From the IMG/VR virus record IMGVR_UViG_3300020017_000024, positions 1-36,745 of that record: DNA of 36,745 nt; one strand, written 5' to 3'. The position numbers were made by a program, and so were the translations under genes. Each line of letters opens with the position of its first letter. The first letter of the stretch is position 1. Below are positions 20,162-28,695 of this stretch, piece after piece. Under the pieces are notes generated by a model. That model had not been told where the DNA came from. It made no database searches and worked only from the letters and a program-made list of their open reading frames with translations. Source of the stretch: a virus (lineage: Duplodnaviria > Caudoviricetes).

Positions 20162-20670
20162 TTAAAATTGATTGTTTGATCGCCTATTTTGAAAACCTGT
20201 TCATCCCCATCCAATTCAATTGTCACCTGATCATTCCAATTTTTCGGATCGCAATTTTTCAGGGCGAAAATGATTGCAGTCGGATTCGGTGCAACAAATC
20301 GTTTTTTGGTTCGAACACGTTTGCCGATCAGGTTGCCACGTTTATCGAACATTTCATCGACTTCCGTTTCGGTGACGTGAAATCCATCAATCAACAATTC
20401 AATCCCGTTTGTTGCCTTTTCACGCAACAAATCTTTTCGAACGTGTGTTCCGAAATCCTTTGCTTTTTTATATCGGTCAGAGAATTCAGCATTTTCAAAA
20501 CACCAACCATTGAATGTTCGACACGAAATCCCAAATGCCTGGCAAACGGATTCAATCGTTTGATTGTGTTGTTCGTAATGTTCACAAATCAGTTTTACCA
20601 ATTCGGATTTTTCCGATTCGGATCGTTTCGTTGAATGTTTTGTGTCACTATTTTTTGCACGTTTATTCAT
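20158..20670 (-). CDS. terS: Terminase small subunit
   Basis: N-terminal HTH (IESVCQAFGISCRTFNGW), PNPTAIIFALKN motif, position upstream of TerL. Confidence 0.8.
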   Translation of the reverse strand: MNKRAKNSDTKHSTKRSESEKSELVKLICEHYEQHNQTIESVCQAFGISCRTFNGWCFENAEFSDRYKKAKDFGTHVRKDLLREKATNGIELLIDGFHVTETEVDEMFDKRGNLIGKRVRTKKRFVAPNPTAIIFALKNCDPKNWNDQVTIELDGDEQVFKIGDQTINFK

Positions 20671-20926
20671 TGTAAATTTTCACGTGAAACGGATCAGCCA
20701 AATAATTTTGAAACGCAAACGGATTCGGATTCACGGAATGATCGAATGATGACCAATGTGAACAAAATCGCAACCAAATATCGTTGAATTTTTCGATAAT
20801 AGAAAGGAATTCATTTTCGTTTGCAAAGTGATTTGAATAACATCGTGCCTCAAATGCGGTTGTGATTGTGTAAAATTCCAATGCGATTCGGGAATATTCC
20901 CGTTCAACAATTCGGTTCGATTTCAT
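20663..20926 (-). CDS. Hypothetical protein
   Basis: ORF packed into the operon; start chosen at MKSNR. Confidence 0.55.
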   Translation of the reverse strand: MKSNRIVEREYSRIALEFYTITTAFEARCYSNHFANENEFLSIIEKFNDIWLRFCSHWSSFDHSVNPNPFAFQNYLADPFHVKIYNE

Positions 20927-21128
20927 CAGGATCATCATCAAATGTCAAAAGGAATCCAACCATTTCAACGGCATTTTTGAAATCAACACGTGCGAATTGT
21001 ATTTCGTTGAATCGATAATGAAATTCGTGCAATCCGATTGATTCATCGTTTGCGATGTCGGATTCCATTTGATCAAAAATCAAATTCAATTTGTGATTGA
21101 TTTCGTTGATTGAATTTTGAATATCCAT
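20904..21128 (-). CDS. Hypothetical acidic protein
   Basis: ORF packed into the operon with an A-rich upstream region. Confidence 0.55.
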   Translation of the reverse strand: MDIQNSINEINHKLNLIFDQMESDIANDESIGLHEFHYRFNEIQFARVDFKNAVEMVGFLLTFDDDPDEIEPNC

Positions 21129-21489
21129 TTTTTAGTTGGTTTAAATAATTCTCAATTGATGTCCTGGATTCCCTCATTGCATTTTCACGTTGTTTCATTG
21201 ATTCGATCCATTGTTCCAATTCATCAATGTTTTCGGTTGTGTAATATCCTTTTGATGTTGCGATCAATCCAGGCAACAAATTGTTGATGCGAATGTATTG
21301 AATGATTTTCCTGATGCGTGATTCCGAAATTTTTATTTTGAAATTTCGTTCCAATCCTGAAACGATTTGTGAATTGGTGACAATGTATTTTGAACCTTTT
21401 TGTTTTGTAAAACGATTAACGATGATTGAAACGATTTTCAATTCATCATCAGTCAATTCGATTGTGTACGTTTCAAAATTTGTGATCAT
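21073..21489 (-). CDS. Putative winged-HTH DNA-binding protein
   Basis: ISESRIRKIIQYIR...IATSKGYY pattern. Confidence 0.55.
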   Translation of the reverse strand: MITNFETYTIELTDDELKIVSIIVNRFTKQKGSKYIVTNSQIVSGLERNFKIKISESRIRKIIQYIRINNLLPGLIATSKGYYTTENIDELEQWIESMKQRENAMRESRTSIENYLNQLKNGYSKFNQRNQSQIEFDF

Positions 21490-21574
21490 CGTTTTTATTG
21501 AATTTGTTTATTGCTAACAGGATGACAAATGCACATATTGATGCGATGCAAAACATTATAAAGTATTCCATCAT
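21473..21574 (-). CDS. 33-aa single-TM microprotein (absent from the ORF track)
   Basis: MMEYFIMFCIASICAFVILLAINKFNKNDDHKF; ATGA overlap with the upstream gene. Confidence 0.5.
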   Translation of the reverse strand: MMEYFIMFCIASICAFVILLAINKFNKNDDHKF

Positions 21575-21747
21575 TTTTGATTTTGTTTTTGTTTCAATTG
21601 ATCGTTCATTGAATTTTTATTTTCATTCAGCATTTGCAATTGCATTTGCAATGTTCCGATCATTTGGGTGACGTTTTTGATTTGGATATCGATTTGATTG
21701 TTTCCGTTTTTCAGGTTTGCGATTTTTTGATCGATTGTCGGTTTCAT
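21571..21747 (-). CDS. 58-aa coiled-coil protein (absent from the ORF track)
   Basis: MKPTIDQKIANLKNGNNQIDIQIKNVTQMIGTLQMQLQML...; ATGA overlaps at both ends. Confidence 0.6.
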   Translation of the reverse strand: MKPTIDQKIANLKNGNNQIDIQIKNVTQMIGTLQMQLQMLNENKNSMNDQLKQKQNQK

Positions 21748-21974
21748 TTTTTGATTGTTTGTTGATCGATTTTTGATAATGCCTTTCGGAATTTAAATCG
21801 TTTTTGATATCGTTTTGATTCATCCATCAAATGATTCAATGCGGATTTTGTTCCTGTGACATCATTGATGATTGCTATGAACCAAAATGACATTGACAGG
21901 ATGAATGATCCGATGATCAAAATGATGAAAATCGGGATTGCGAAAATCATTCCGAATTTTGTTTTTGTTTTCAT
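21744..21974 (-). CDS. Small membrane protein
   Basis: N-terminal hydrophobic helix; ATGA overlaps. Confidence 0.6.
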   Translation of the reverse strand: MKTKTKFGMIFAIPIFIILIIGSFILSMSFWFIAIINDVTGTKSALNHLMDESKRYQKRFKFRKALSKIDQQTIKK

Positions 21975-22864
21975 TTGCTTGTTTCAATTTTTTGTGAATT
22001 TAACTTTTTTTCGATGATCGATTCCAAATCGACATTGTTGTTTTTGCAGGATTCAAAAAATTTATTGACTGCGATTTTGTGACACCTGGACAGGATTTCA
22101 TTTTTCATTGCAACCTCGATCCCTTTTAATTTAATTAAATCACGAACATCCTGTAATTTTTTGTTGTCAGCGGGATTGAATGCAATTTTTTTTGATTCCT
22201 GTTCAATTTGTTCGATTGCCATTTTATGAATCGTGTTTTTGTCGGAATCGGATAATTTGAAAACATTCAATTTTTCGGTCAATGATTCATAAATCACGGA
22301 ATGCGGGATCATTCCAAATGTTATTTGATCGGTTTTCAAGTAAAATTTAAAAGGTTGAATGATGCAATTTCGAACGAAACGTTGGTGACGTTCCAATTTT
22401 TCCTGATCGGTCAATTCGTTTTCCAATTGTTTTTGATTCATTTCGTTTTGTTGTTTTTGAAATTCCCTGATCGCCTCCATTCGGTGTTTTTGATACGCAT
22501 TCATCACATTCGACAAATACAATGCTGAAAATGATTGATAGTGATTCGGATCGCAATCCAATTCGTTTTTCAATAAAAGGTGAAACGCAATTTTGATGTC
22601 ATCAACCGAATATTGTTTCAAATCATTTTGGATGTAATTGATTAAAACCGATTTTTGAATTTCGTTTGGGATGTTTTCCGCTTTCAATCCTATCAGGGTA
22701 AAAACGTAACGCAAAACCATTTTGATCGGTTCATCGGATTCGATGTTTCGGATTTTTGGTTGATGATATGCACGAACGATTTCGCCTTGTTTAAAACTTA
22801 CTGATTGCATCCGTGAAATCAGTTTTTCGATTTCCTGGTTGTTTGTTGTTTGTAGTGTTGTCAT
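21971..22864 (-). CDS. Putative helicase loader/replication protein
   Basis: Directly follows the initiator (lambda O-P-like arrangement); function inferred from position only. Confidence 0.45.
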   Translation of the reverse strand: MTTLQTTNNQEIEKLISRMQSVSFKQGEIVRAYHQPKIRNIESDEPIKMVLRYVFTLIGLKAENIPNEIQKSVLINYIQNDLKQYSVDDIKIAFHLLLKNELDCDPNHYQSFSALYLSNVMNAYQKHRMEAIREFQKQQNEMNQKQLENELTDQEKLERHQRFVRNCIIQPFKFYLKTDQITFGMIPHSVIYESLTEKLNVFKLSDSDKNTIHKMAIEQIEQESKKIAFNPADNKKLQDVRDLIKLKGIEVAMKNEILSRCHKIAVNKFFESCKNNNVDLESIIEKKLNSQKIETSK

Positions 22865-23603
22865 TTTTTGCCCTTTTTAGCCAATTTAACGCAGTTAAAT
22901 GAACGGAAACATACTTTGCCCCCAACGACTTGAAATTTTCCATTGCTGACAGGGTTTCCGTTGTTTTCTCAAAACCGAACATTTCATCCAATTCGAAGCA
23001 TTGTTCCAACGTCAATTGTTTTTTCAATTTTTGGACGTTTGGACAATTCATTTCAACAAAGGATGCAATCGGATGAAACCAATCATCATTTTCCTTTTTA
23101 TTATTTAATAATGATTTATCATTATTAATAATATAAGAAGAAGAAGAAGAAGGGGTTGAATTTTGGTTAACCTTTTGCTTATCCAAATTTTTTGATTTTG
23201 GTTCACGTTTTGGTTGGAGTTTTGGATTACCTCCCAACGATCCGCAATCCCTGCGAATTTGTCGAATGCGTTCATCCTCAACCATTCGCTTTGAATAATA
23301 CACACCCCGATCATCCAATTTGATGATCCCAAATTTTGTCAATTCTGACCATATTTTTTCGAATGATTTTTGATCACAATTCACGAATTGTTTCAATGAA
23401 TTTGCATCCAATGGTTGACCATTTATGATCAGGAATCCCGGTTCATTTGACAGGAACATCCAACACAACAAATCGATCCACACACCCCGTGTTTCAGGTG
23501 AACACAACCGCAATGATGGATCTGTCAACCAATCCATTGCGTAAAATTGGAATGCGGGTGCTTTGTTGCGTCCGTTCAACTTTTGCTTTGTTTTTGCTTT
23601 CAT
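22791..23603 (-). CDS. Replication initiator (replisome organiser type)
   Basis: N-terminal PAFQFYAMDWLTDPSLRLCSPETRGVWIDLLCWM, YYSKRMV, GSLGGNP, a Ser linker and a small C-terminal domain, as in lambda O-like phage initiators. Confidence 0.75.
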   Translation of the reverse strand: MKAKTKQKLNGRNKAPAFQFYAMDWLTDPSLRLCSPETRGVWIDLLCWMFLSNEPGFLIINGQPLDANSLKQFVNCDQKSFEKIWSELTKFGIIKLDDRGVYYSKRMVEDERIRQIRRDCGSLGGNPKLQPKREPKSKNLDKQKVNQNSTPSSSSSYIINNDKSLLNNKKENDDWFHPIASFVEMNCPNVQKLKKQLTLEQCFELDEMFGFEKTTETLSAMENFKSLGAKYVSVHLTALNWLKRAKNDNTTNNKQPGNRKTDFTDAISKF

Positions 23604-23643
23604 TTTGGTTTGTTGTTTGGTTGTAGTTTTGGTTCAAATTTGG

Positions 23644-24042
23644 TTAACCTGCAACCTGCATTTTTGCCTCGTTTTGAAATGATGCCAACAACATAAACCA
23701 TCGTTTTTCCTTTGTTTTTTTGCGACCTGTGATGATATTCGAAATGAATGTCACCGAATATTCAGGATGTGATTTGCAAAAGGAACGGATTGATTTGTAA
23801 TTGATAACGATGAATTGTCGGATCATTTCACGTTCCTGATCGGTGACAATGTTTGTCGGAACGAAACCAGGTGACAACGTATCGATTTTTTCACGGATCA
23901 AATGCTCGAATTGATCACGTGTTGATGCTGACATCCGATCGTGTAAATATGCGATCATTTGATTTTTGTTGATTTGGGCAACGTTTTGAAACATTGCGAT
24001 CGTTCCGAATTTTTGTTTGATTTCAGTTTTGATTTGGTTCAT
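23644..24042 (-). CDS. Putative tandem-HTH transcriptional regulator
   Basis: Two XRE/Cro-like halves (KFGTIAMFQ...; YKSIRSFCK...FISNIITGRK). Confidence 0.55.
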   Translation of the reverse strand: MNQIKTEIKQKFGTIAMFQNVAQINKNQMIAYLHDRMSASTRDQFEHLIREKIDTLSPGFVPTNIVTDQEREMIRQFIVINYKSIRSFCKSHPEYSVTFISNIITGRKKTKEKRWFMLLASFQNEAKMQVAG

Positions 24043-24316
24043 TTTGGGTTTGTTTTAAATTGTTTTGTTTACCTATATTATAAATTGATTTGATGACATT
24101 GTTCCAATAAAATTCGGCTAATGTGTCGCAATATTCAATCATCAATTCGCAGGATTTCACCGCAAACAATTTTGCCATCCATTTGATTTGATGATCCATT
24201 GCGGGATCGGTGACATCGACATCCAAAAACCTGACCTGATCAATCATTTCGATGTGATAGTGTTCGAACAATTCGTGTGCCTTTGCATCGAATTCGCATT
24301 GTGATATTTTCGTCAT
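24023..24316 (-). CDS. Hypothetical protein
   Basis: ORF packed into the operon. Confidence 0.55.
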   Translation of the reverse strand: MTKISQCEFDAKAHELFEHYHIEMIDQVRFLDVDVTDPAMDHQIKWMAKLFAVKSCELMIEYCDTLAEFYWNNVIKSIYNIGKQNNLKQTQNEPNQN

Positions 24317-24356
24317 TTTAGTAACTTTTAGTAATGATTTAGTAAGGATTTAGTGA
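24317..24356. repeat. Four helically phased TTTAGT(A/G)A direct repeats
   Basis: Units start at 24317, 24327, 24338 and 24349. Confidence 0.7.
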
Positions 24357-24358
24357 AT

Positions 24359-24386
24359 GCGGGGATGCCTGGATGAACACCCCCGC
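24359..24386 (-). other. GC-rich hairpin after the recombinase gene, no U-tract
   Basis: GCGGGG...CCCCGC inverted repeat. Confidence 0.5.
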
Positions 24387-24394
24387 AAATCAAA

Positions 24395-25291
24395 TCAATT
24401 GAACAAATTTGGTTGAATCACATCATCATCGGATTCCTGTTCCTGTTCAGGTTCCTGATCCATTTCCATTGATTCAATCGCCTCCAATTCGATTCGCCTT
24501 TGACGTAATGCACCGATAAATGCATCCGATTTTTGCAATCCTGGATAGGTGTTGTATATCATTTTCAATTCATCCAATGAATTGGAATTCGTAATGATCG
24601 GCAACACGTCAAAAATCATTGGATTGTCGGTTTCCTGACGTTCGACAGGTTCGGTTTGAATCTTTGGTTTGCGTCCACGTTTGGCGGGTGTGACATCAAT
24701 CGTTTCAGTTTTTGTTGGCAACTGATCAATTGTTTTTGATTCCGCAGGAACATTCACGATTTGGATGTCGGAATTGATTTCATCAGCGGTGTACGGCATC
24801 CCCCCCAATTCATCGGAAAAACACAAACGGAATCCCTGTGCGATCGCCACCTTTTTGATCATTGTCAGCGGTTTTTCCCGCCAAAATTTATTCACCTGTC
24901 CCTCACGATTACATTGAACATATTCACGGAAATAAACTTCGTGAACGAACGGATGTTCCCAATCCTTTCGATGGATTGTTATTGTGGCTTTAATATCGGA
25001 CGTTTTAGGATCAACGATCGATCCTGATGTTGTAACGTGCCAACCCGACAAACGACCTGATCGTTCCGCACGTTTGACATACGTTTCAAACCCGACAATG
25101 ATCGAAAACGATTGTCCGAATTTGGATGCGTAAATTTCACGTTTAAAGGGATTCAACCCGAATGCCTGTGCGATTTCAATGAATTGCTGAACTTCCGAAT
25201 TAGTCAAATTCGTTGTCAGGTTCATTGTTTGCAAATAACTTTTGATTTTGTTGGCATCAACGGATGCCTGATTTGTTTGGATGTTTGACAT
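24395..25291 (-). CDS. bet: Bet/RecT-family single-strand annealing protein
   Basis: GLNPFKREIY, IIVGFETYVKRAERSG, WREKPLTMIKKVAIAQGFRLCF...GGMPYTADE. Confidence 0.88.
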   Translation of the reverse strand: MSNIQTNQASVDANKIKSYLQTMNLTTNLTNSEVQQFIEIAQAFGLNPFKREIYASKFGQSFSIIVGFETYVKRAERSGRLSGWHVTTSGSIVDPKTSDIKATITIHRKDWEHPFVHEVYFREYVQCNREGQVNKFWREKPLTMIKKVAIAQGFRLCFSDELGGMPYTADEINSDIQIVNVPAESKTIDQLPTKTETIDVTPAKRGRKPKIQTEPVERQETDNPMIFDVLPIITNSNSLDELKMIYNTYPGLQKSDAFIGALRQRRIELEAIESMEMDQEPEQEQESDDDVIQPNLFN

Positions 25292-25324
25292 TGTTTTTTT
25301 GTTTTAAAATTGTTTGATGTTTGG

Positions 25325-25354
25325 TAAAATTAAATGAATTTTTGTTTCAGTCAA
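25325..25354 (-). promoter_or_regulatory. Possible Bacteroidota-type promoter for bet
   Basis: TTG-N19-TAATTTTA, one mismatch to TAnnTTTG. Confidence 0.4.
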
Positions 25355-25366
25355 ATGTTTTTGAAA

Positions 25367-25858
25367 TTATTTTGGCAATGTGATTTCAATCGTTGTTTTG
25401 GATGATTTAATTGGCGGATGAATTTGAAAAACCTCACCTGTCGTTTCATCTACCATTGTCCGGGATGATTTCAGGGATTTCAATTCGGTTTCGATTTGTT
25501 TCAGATTTGATTGCATTTGATCACATTCGGATTTCAAAACCTGCCATTTTTCGGTGTTGCTGAAATCGTATCGAACACCTGATTCCTTTAATTTGAATTG
25601 AACCCCATTTCGAATGATGCCTTGTTTTGCATCAGGATATTTTGACAATTCATCAATCAGGGATTCCCGCATTTGGGATTTGGCGATTTCGATCGCTTGT
25701 GCGATGAATTCCAATTCGGATAAATAGTCGAACGAATTTTTGTTGCCTGTTTTGAATTCGAACAAAATTTGATTGGCAAATTGTTCGACATTGGTTTTGT
25801 TCAATTGAACCGATCCGCCTTTGATTGATTCGATGATTGTTGTTTGATTGTTTTTCAT
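25367..25858 (-). CDS. Hypothetical protein next to the recombinase
   Basis: 163-aa ORF with a coiled coil and a DETTGEV motif. Confidence 0.6.
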   Translation of the reverse strand: MKNNQTTIIESIKGGSVQLNKTNVEQFANQILFEFKTGNKNSFDYLSELEFIAQAIEIAKSQMRESLIDELSKYPDAKQGIIRNGVQFKLKESGVRYDFSNTEKWQVLKSECDQMQSNLKQIETELKSLKSSRTMVDETTGEVFQIHPPIKSSKTTIEITLPK

Positions 25859-26973
25859 TTTTTTATTAAATTAAGGTTTGAAATAATTTTTTCCAAAACA
25901 CGGACAACGATTGAATTTCCCGCCTGTTTATACAATTGAGCATTTGAAACAACGAATTTAAATTCATCCGGGAAATCCATCAAACGAAAACATTCACGGG
26001 GTGTCAACCTGCGGATTCGATTTTCATTAATGATTCGTTTGTCACCACACGAATCAATTGTTCGCAATGTCGTTAATGTTTGGGAAACCTGTGTTCCAAC
26101 CCTACCACGTCTTGTTTTTGAATTCGGTTGATCCAAATTTATCGAATCACCAATTGTTGCGATTTCATATCCTTTTGAATTGTTTGAATTGACATAAACG
26201 CATTTTGGATCTTTGTAATCACGTGATAACAAACAATCGCAAAAATCATTTGTTTGAATTAGGTTTTTTTGTGAAACAAAATTTGAATTTAATATTCCTT
26301 CAATTGCTTTTTCCGACAAAAAATATTTTTCATCGACAATCGATTCCAAAACATCCATCAATTTTATTTTAAGGTGTTCGGTTTTTGGAAACCTGAAATT
26401 GTTGTCGATGTCATCACGGATTCCAACAATGAAAACACGTTCACGATTTTGCGGAATGCCGTGTTCCTTTGCATTCAAAACGTCAAAATAAATGTGATAT
26501 GGAACGGAATCGTTGTAAGGAAACAAAACAGCATTGTTGTTGACTGATTTTCCCCCCAAAAAATTAATCCATTCGCTGAATGTTTTTCCATTGTCATCGG
26601 ACATCAAACCTTTGACATTTTCGAAAATGAAAAAACGTGGTTTGTTTTTGCGGATGAATTCAACTGAATTGAAAAATAAAATTCCCCTTTGATCCTCTTT
26701 TCCCAAACGTTTACCTGCCAACGAAAATGCCTGACAGGGGGGGGATGTCATATAAACATCCAATGATTCATTTGGTATTTCACGATCATAAACATTCAAA
26801 GGATAATAACCAGGTGCATCGTGATTCGCCAAATAACTTTGACGTGCGAATTTGTCCATATCACAGGCGAAAATGTTTTGAATGCGGAATCTTTGTGCAT
26901 TTGCAACACGTTTGATTGCATAGTCAAACGCACCAACACCGCTGAAATCCGATCCGATTTTTAATACCTGCAT
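25855..26973 (-). CDS. DNA (cytosine-5)-methyltransferase
   Basis: Motifs I FSGVG, IV SPPCQAFS, VI ENVKG, VIII QNRERVF, IX RRLTPREC and X YKQAGNSI. Confidence 0.95.
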   Translation of the reverse strand: MQVLKIGSDFSGVGAFDYAIKRVANAQRFRIQNIFACDMDKFARQSYLANHDAPGYYPLNVYDREIPNESLDVYMTSPPCQAFSLAGKRLGKEDQRGILFFNSVEFIRKNKPRFFIFENVKGLMSDDNGKTFSEWINFLGGKSVNNNAVLFPYNDSVPYHIYFDVLNAKEHGIPQNRERVFIVGIRDDIDNNFRFPKTEHLKIKLMDVLESIVDEKYFLSEKAIEGILNSNFVSQKNLIQTNDFCDCLLSRDYKDPKCVYVNSNNSKGYEIATIGDSINLDQPNSKTRRGRVGTQVSQTLTTLRTIDSCGDKRIINENRIRRLTPRECFRLMDFPDEFKFVVSNAQLYKQAGNSIVVRVLEKIISNLNLIKK

Positions 26974-27227
26974 ATCGATTTGAATTTAGCGATTAAAATT
27001 GTGTTGATAATGTCAGCGGATTGGGATGTTTCATTTTGTTTTTTCAGGAATTTGATCAAATCATCAATCGATTGGATGTCGATCAATGAATCGATTTTAT
27101 CATTTCCTGGAAAATACTTTTGAAAACGATTTGTCAAATATTGGATTTCGATCGGCATCAATTCGTTTTTGATGTCGGAAAATTTTGTTGATTCGATTGG
27201 TTGATTTTTATTTTTTCTCATTATCAT
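26961..27227 (-). CDS. Hypothetical protein
   Basis: ORF in the early operon. Confidence 0.55.
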   Translation of the reverse strand: MIMRKNKNQPIESTKFSDIKNELMPIEIQYLTNRFQKYFPGNDKIDSLIDIQSIDDLIKFLKKQNETSQSADIINTILIAKFKSICRY

Positions 27228-27288
27228 TGTTTCGGCTTTTTTGTTTGGGTTTCAGGGATTCGGGAACATTTTTCGTTCCCGTTTCTTT

Positions 27289-27747
27289 TTACATCCTGGT
27301 TCGATCATTCAAATTCATTGCGTCATCGAAATCCGACATCATATCCTTGAACATTTCGAATTCCGATTTACTCAAACGATCCTTGAATGTCGGCATCCAT
27401 TTGATCAGGTTTTTGGTTGCATAGACAAATGAATCAATGACTAATTGATCGGTTGTGATCGTGTCAATCGCTTTCGGTTCATCATAACGTTCAACGATAT
27501 CAAATGACATCCACAATTCATCCGTTCCGATCCTGCGATCATTTTTCCTGTATATGGTCAACCCATCGATGTTTTTGATTGATCCGTTTGGTTGATGGAT
27601 TGTGATTCCTGGATTGCTGAATTCATATTCACGGATCAGGATATCACGTGCATCATCGATTGATGTAATTATTTCCTGATGGAATTTTGAAACGATCAGT
27701 TTTCCTGACGTACCAACCTTGTTTTGATAAATAATGATTTCGTGCAT
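27289..27747 (-). CDS. Hypothetical protein
   Basis: ORF in the early operon. Confidence 0.6.
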   Translation of the reverse strand: MHEIIIYQNKVGTSGKLIVSKFHQEIITSIDDARDILIREYEFSNPGITIHQPNGSIKNIDGLTIYRKNDRRIGTDELWMSFDIVERYDEPKAIDTITTDQLVIDSFVYATKNLIKWMPTFKDRLSKSEFEMFKDMMSDFDDAMNLNDRTRM

Positions 27748-27748
27748 T

Positions 27749-27967
27749 TTATTTTTTATTTAATTGGTTCAACAAATGTTCAATGTCGGATTTCAAAATC
27801 ATTGAATCCATCAAATCGACATCATCCTGATCCATCATTTCATTCACACGTTGCAACAACGATTTCATTTGTTTGAATTGTTGCACACGATCATAAAATG
27901 TGAAATCCTTTTTTTTCCTGATTACATCGGACGTTTTGATTCCGAAATCAAATGTTTGTTTTTTCAT
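27749..27967 (-). CDS. Hypothetical protein
   Basis: ORF with an A-rich leader. Confidence 0.6.
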   Translation of the reverse strand: MKKQTFDFGIKTSDVIRKKKDFTFYDRVQQFKQMKSLLQRVNEMMDQDDVDLMDSMILKSDIEHLLNQLNKK

Positions 27968-27999
27968 TTTGTTTTGTTTTTTGTTGATGTTTGGTTGAA

Positions 28000-28212
28000 T
28001 TATTTAATTGTGAATTCGAATTTGTTTTTATCAATCATTGTTTTTTTGCATTGTTTGATAATTGATGGAATTGAACGTTTATCGATATTGTAAATCGGGA
28101 AATTATCCGTATCAATTAGGTAAAAATATTTGCCATACATTAGACTAAAAACCTGAATCAATTTTGCACCTGAATTTAATTTTTCGATGATTTGTGTTCC
28201 TGATAATTTCAT
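28000..28212 (-). CDS. Hypothetical protein, first gene after the early promoter
   Basis: ORF with an A-rich leader. Confidence 0.6.
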   Translation of the reverse strand: MKLSGTQIIEKLNSGAKLIQVFSLMYGKYFYLIDTDNFPIYNIDKRSIPSIIKQCKKTMIDKNKFEFTIK

Positions 28213-28253
28213 TTTGTTTGATGTTTTAAATTGTTTGTTTGAATTTGATAGGG

Positions 28254-28283
28254 CAAAACTACAAATGATTTTGATACATACAA
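28254..28283 (-). promoter_or_regulatory. Early promoter, Bacteroidota primary-sigma consensus
   Basis: Minus strand TTG-N19-TAGTTTTG, in the largest early intergenic gap just downstream of a terminator. Confidence 0.75.
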
Positions 28284-28378
28284 CAATTGTTGAAAACTAT
28301 TTTCAACATTTGTTTGAATGTATTGATATTGAATCAATTAGAGATTCACAAAATCCCACGTTTTCAGGCAATTAACAA

Positions 28379-28406
28379 CAAAAAAACCCTGAATCATCAG
28401 GGTTTT
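28379..28406 (-). terminator. Rho-independent terminator closing the late operon
   Basis: AAAACCCTGA-loop-TCAGGGTTTT followed by a U-run on the minus strand. Confidence 0.8.
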
Positions 28407-28436
28407 GGGGGAAAAATATATTGGTTTAACGGACTT

Positions 28437-28694
28437 TTAAGGCAATTTCGTTTTCCCGAAAAAAGGTTTTTTGCTCACGGATTTTTTTCCCTCACACGAC
28501 CACAACTGACGTGCCCAATAATTTGGTGTTGACTTGTCATTCGCACCCTTGATCCCTGCGGATCGGGCACAATAGGCATCACCTGCGGGTGTACCTGGTT
28601 TAATCTTATAACCTGATGCACCGAAATTGATTGTTTTTCCATCAACTTTTGTTGCATATTTTTTGCCCTCGATTTGGGATCGTGTGATTTTCAT
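28437..28694 (-). CDS. Small basic protein (FG.SGY...YCARS...NYWAR.LW)
   Basis: The motif resembles a widespread small viral protein type of unknown function. Confidence 0.65.
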   Translation of the reverse strand: MKITRSQIEGKKYATKVDGKTINFGASGYKIKPGTPAGDAYCARSAGIKGANDKSTPNYWARQLWSCEGKKSVSKKPFFGKTKLP

Positions 28695-28695
28695 T

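Noticed and set aside
21623-21823. Listed 66-aa minus-strand ORF
   Set aside because: It overlaps its neighbour heavily; the alternative 21571-21747 frame has clean ATGA coupling at both ends.
24359-24386. Intrinsic terminator after bet
   Set aside because: A stem is present but there is no U-tract on the coding strand, so it is kept only as a hairpin.
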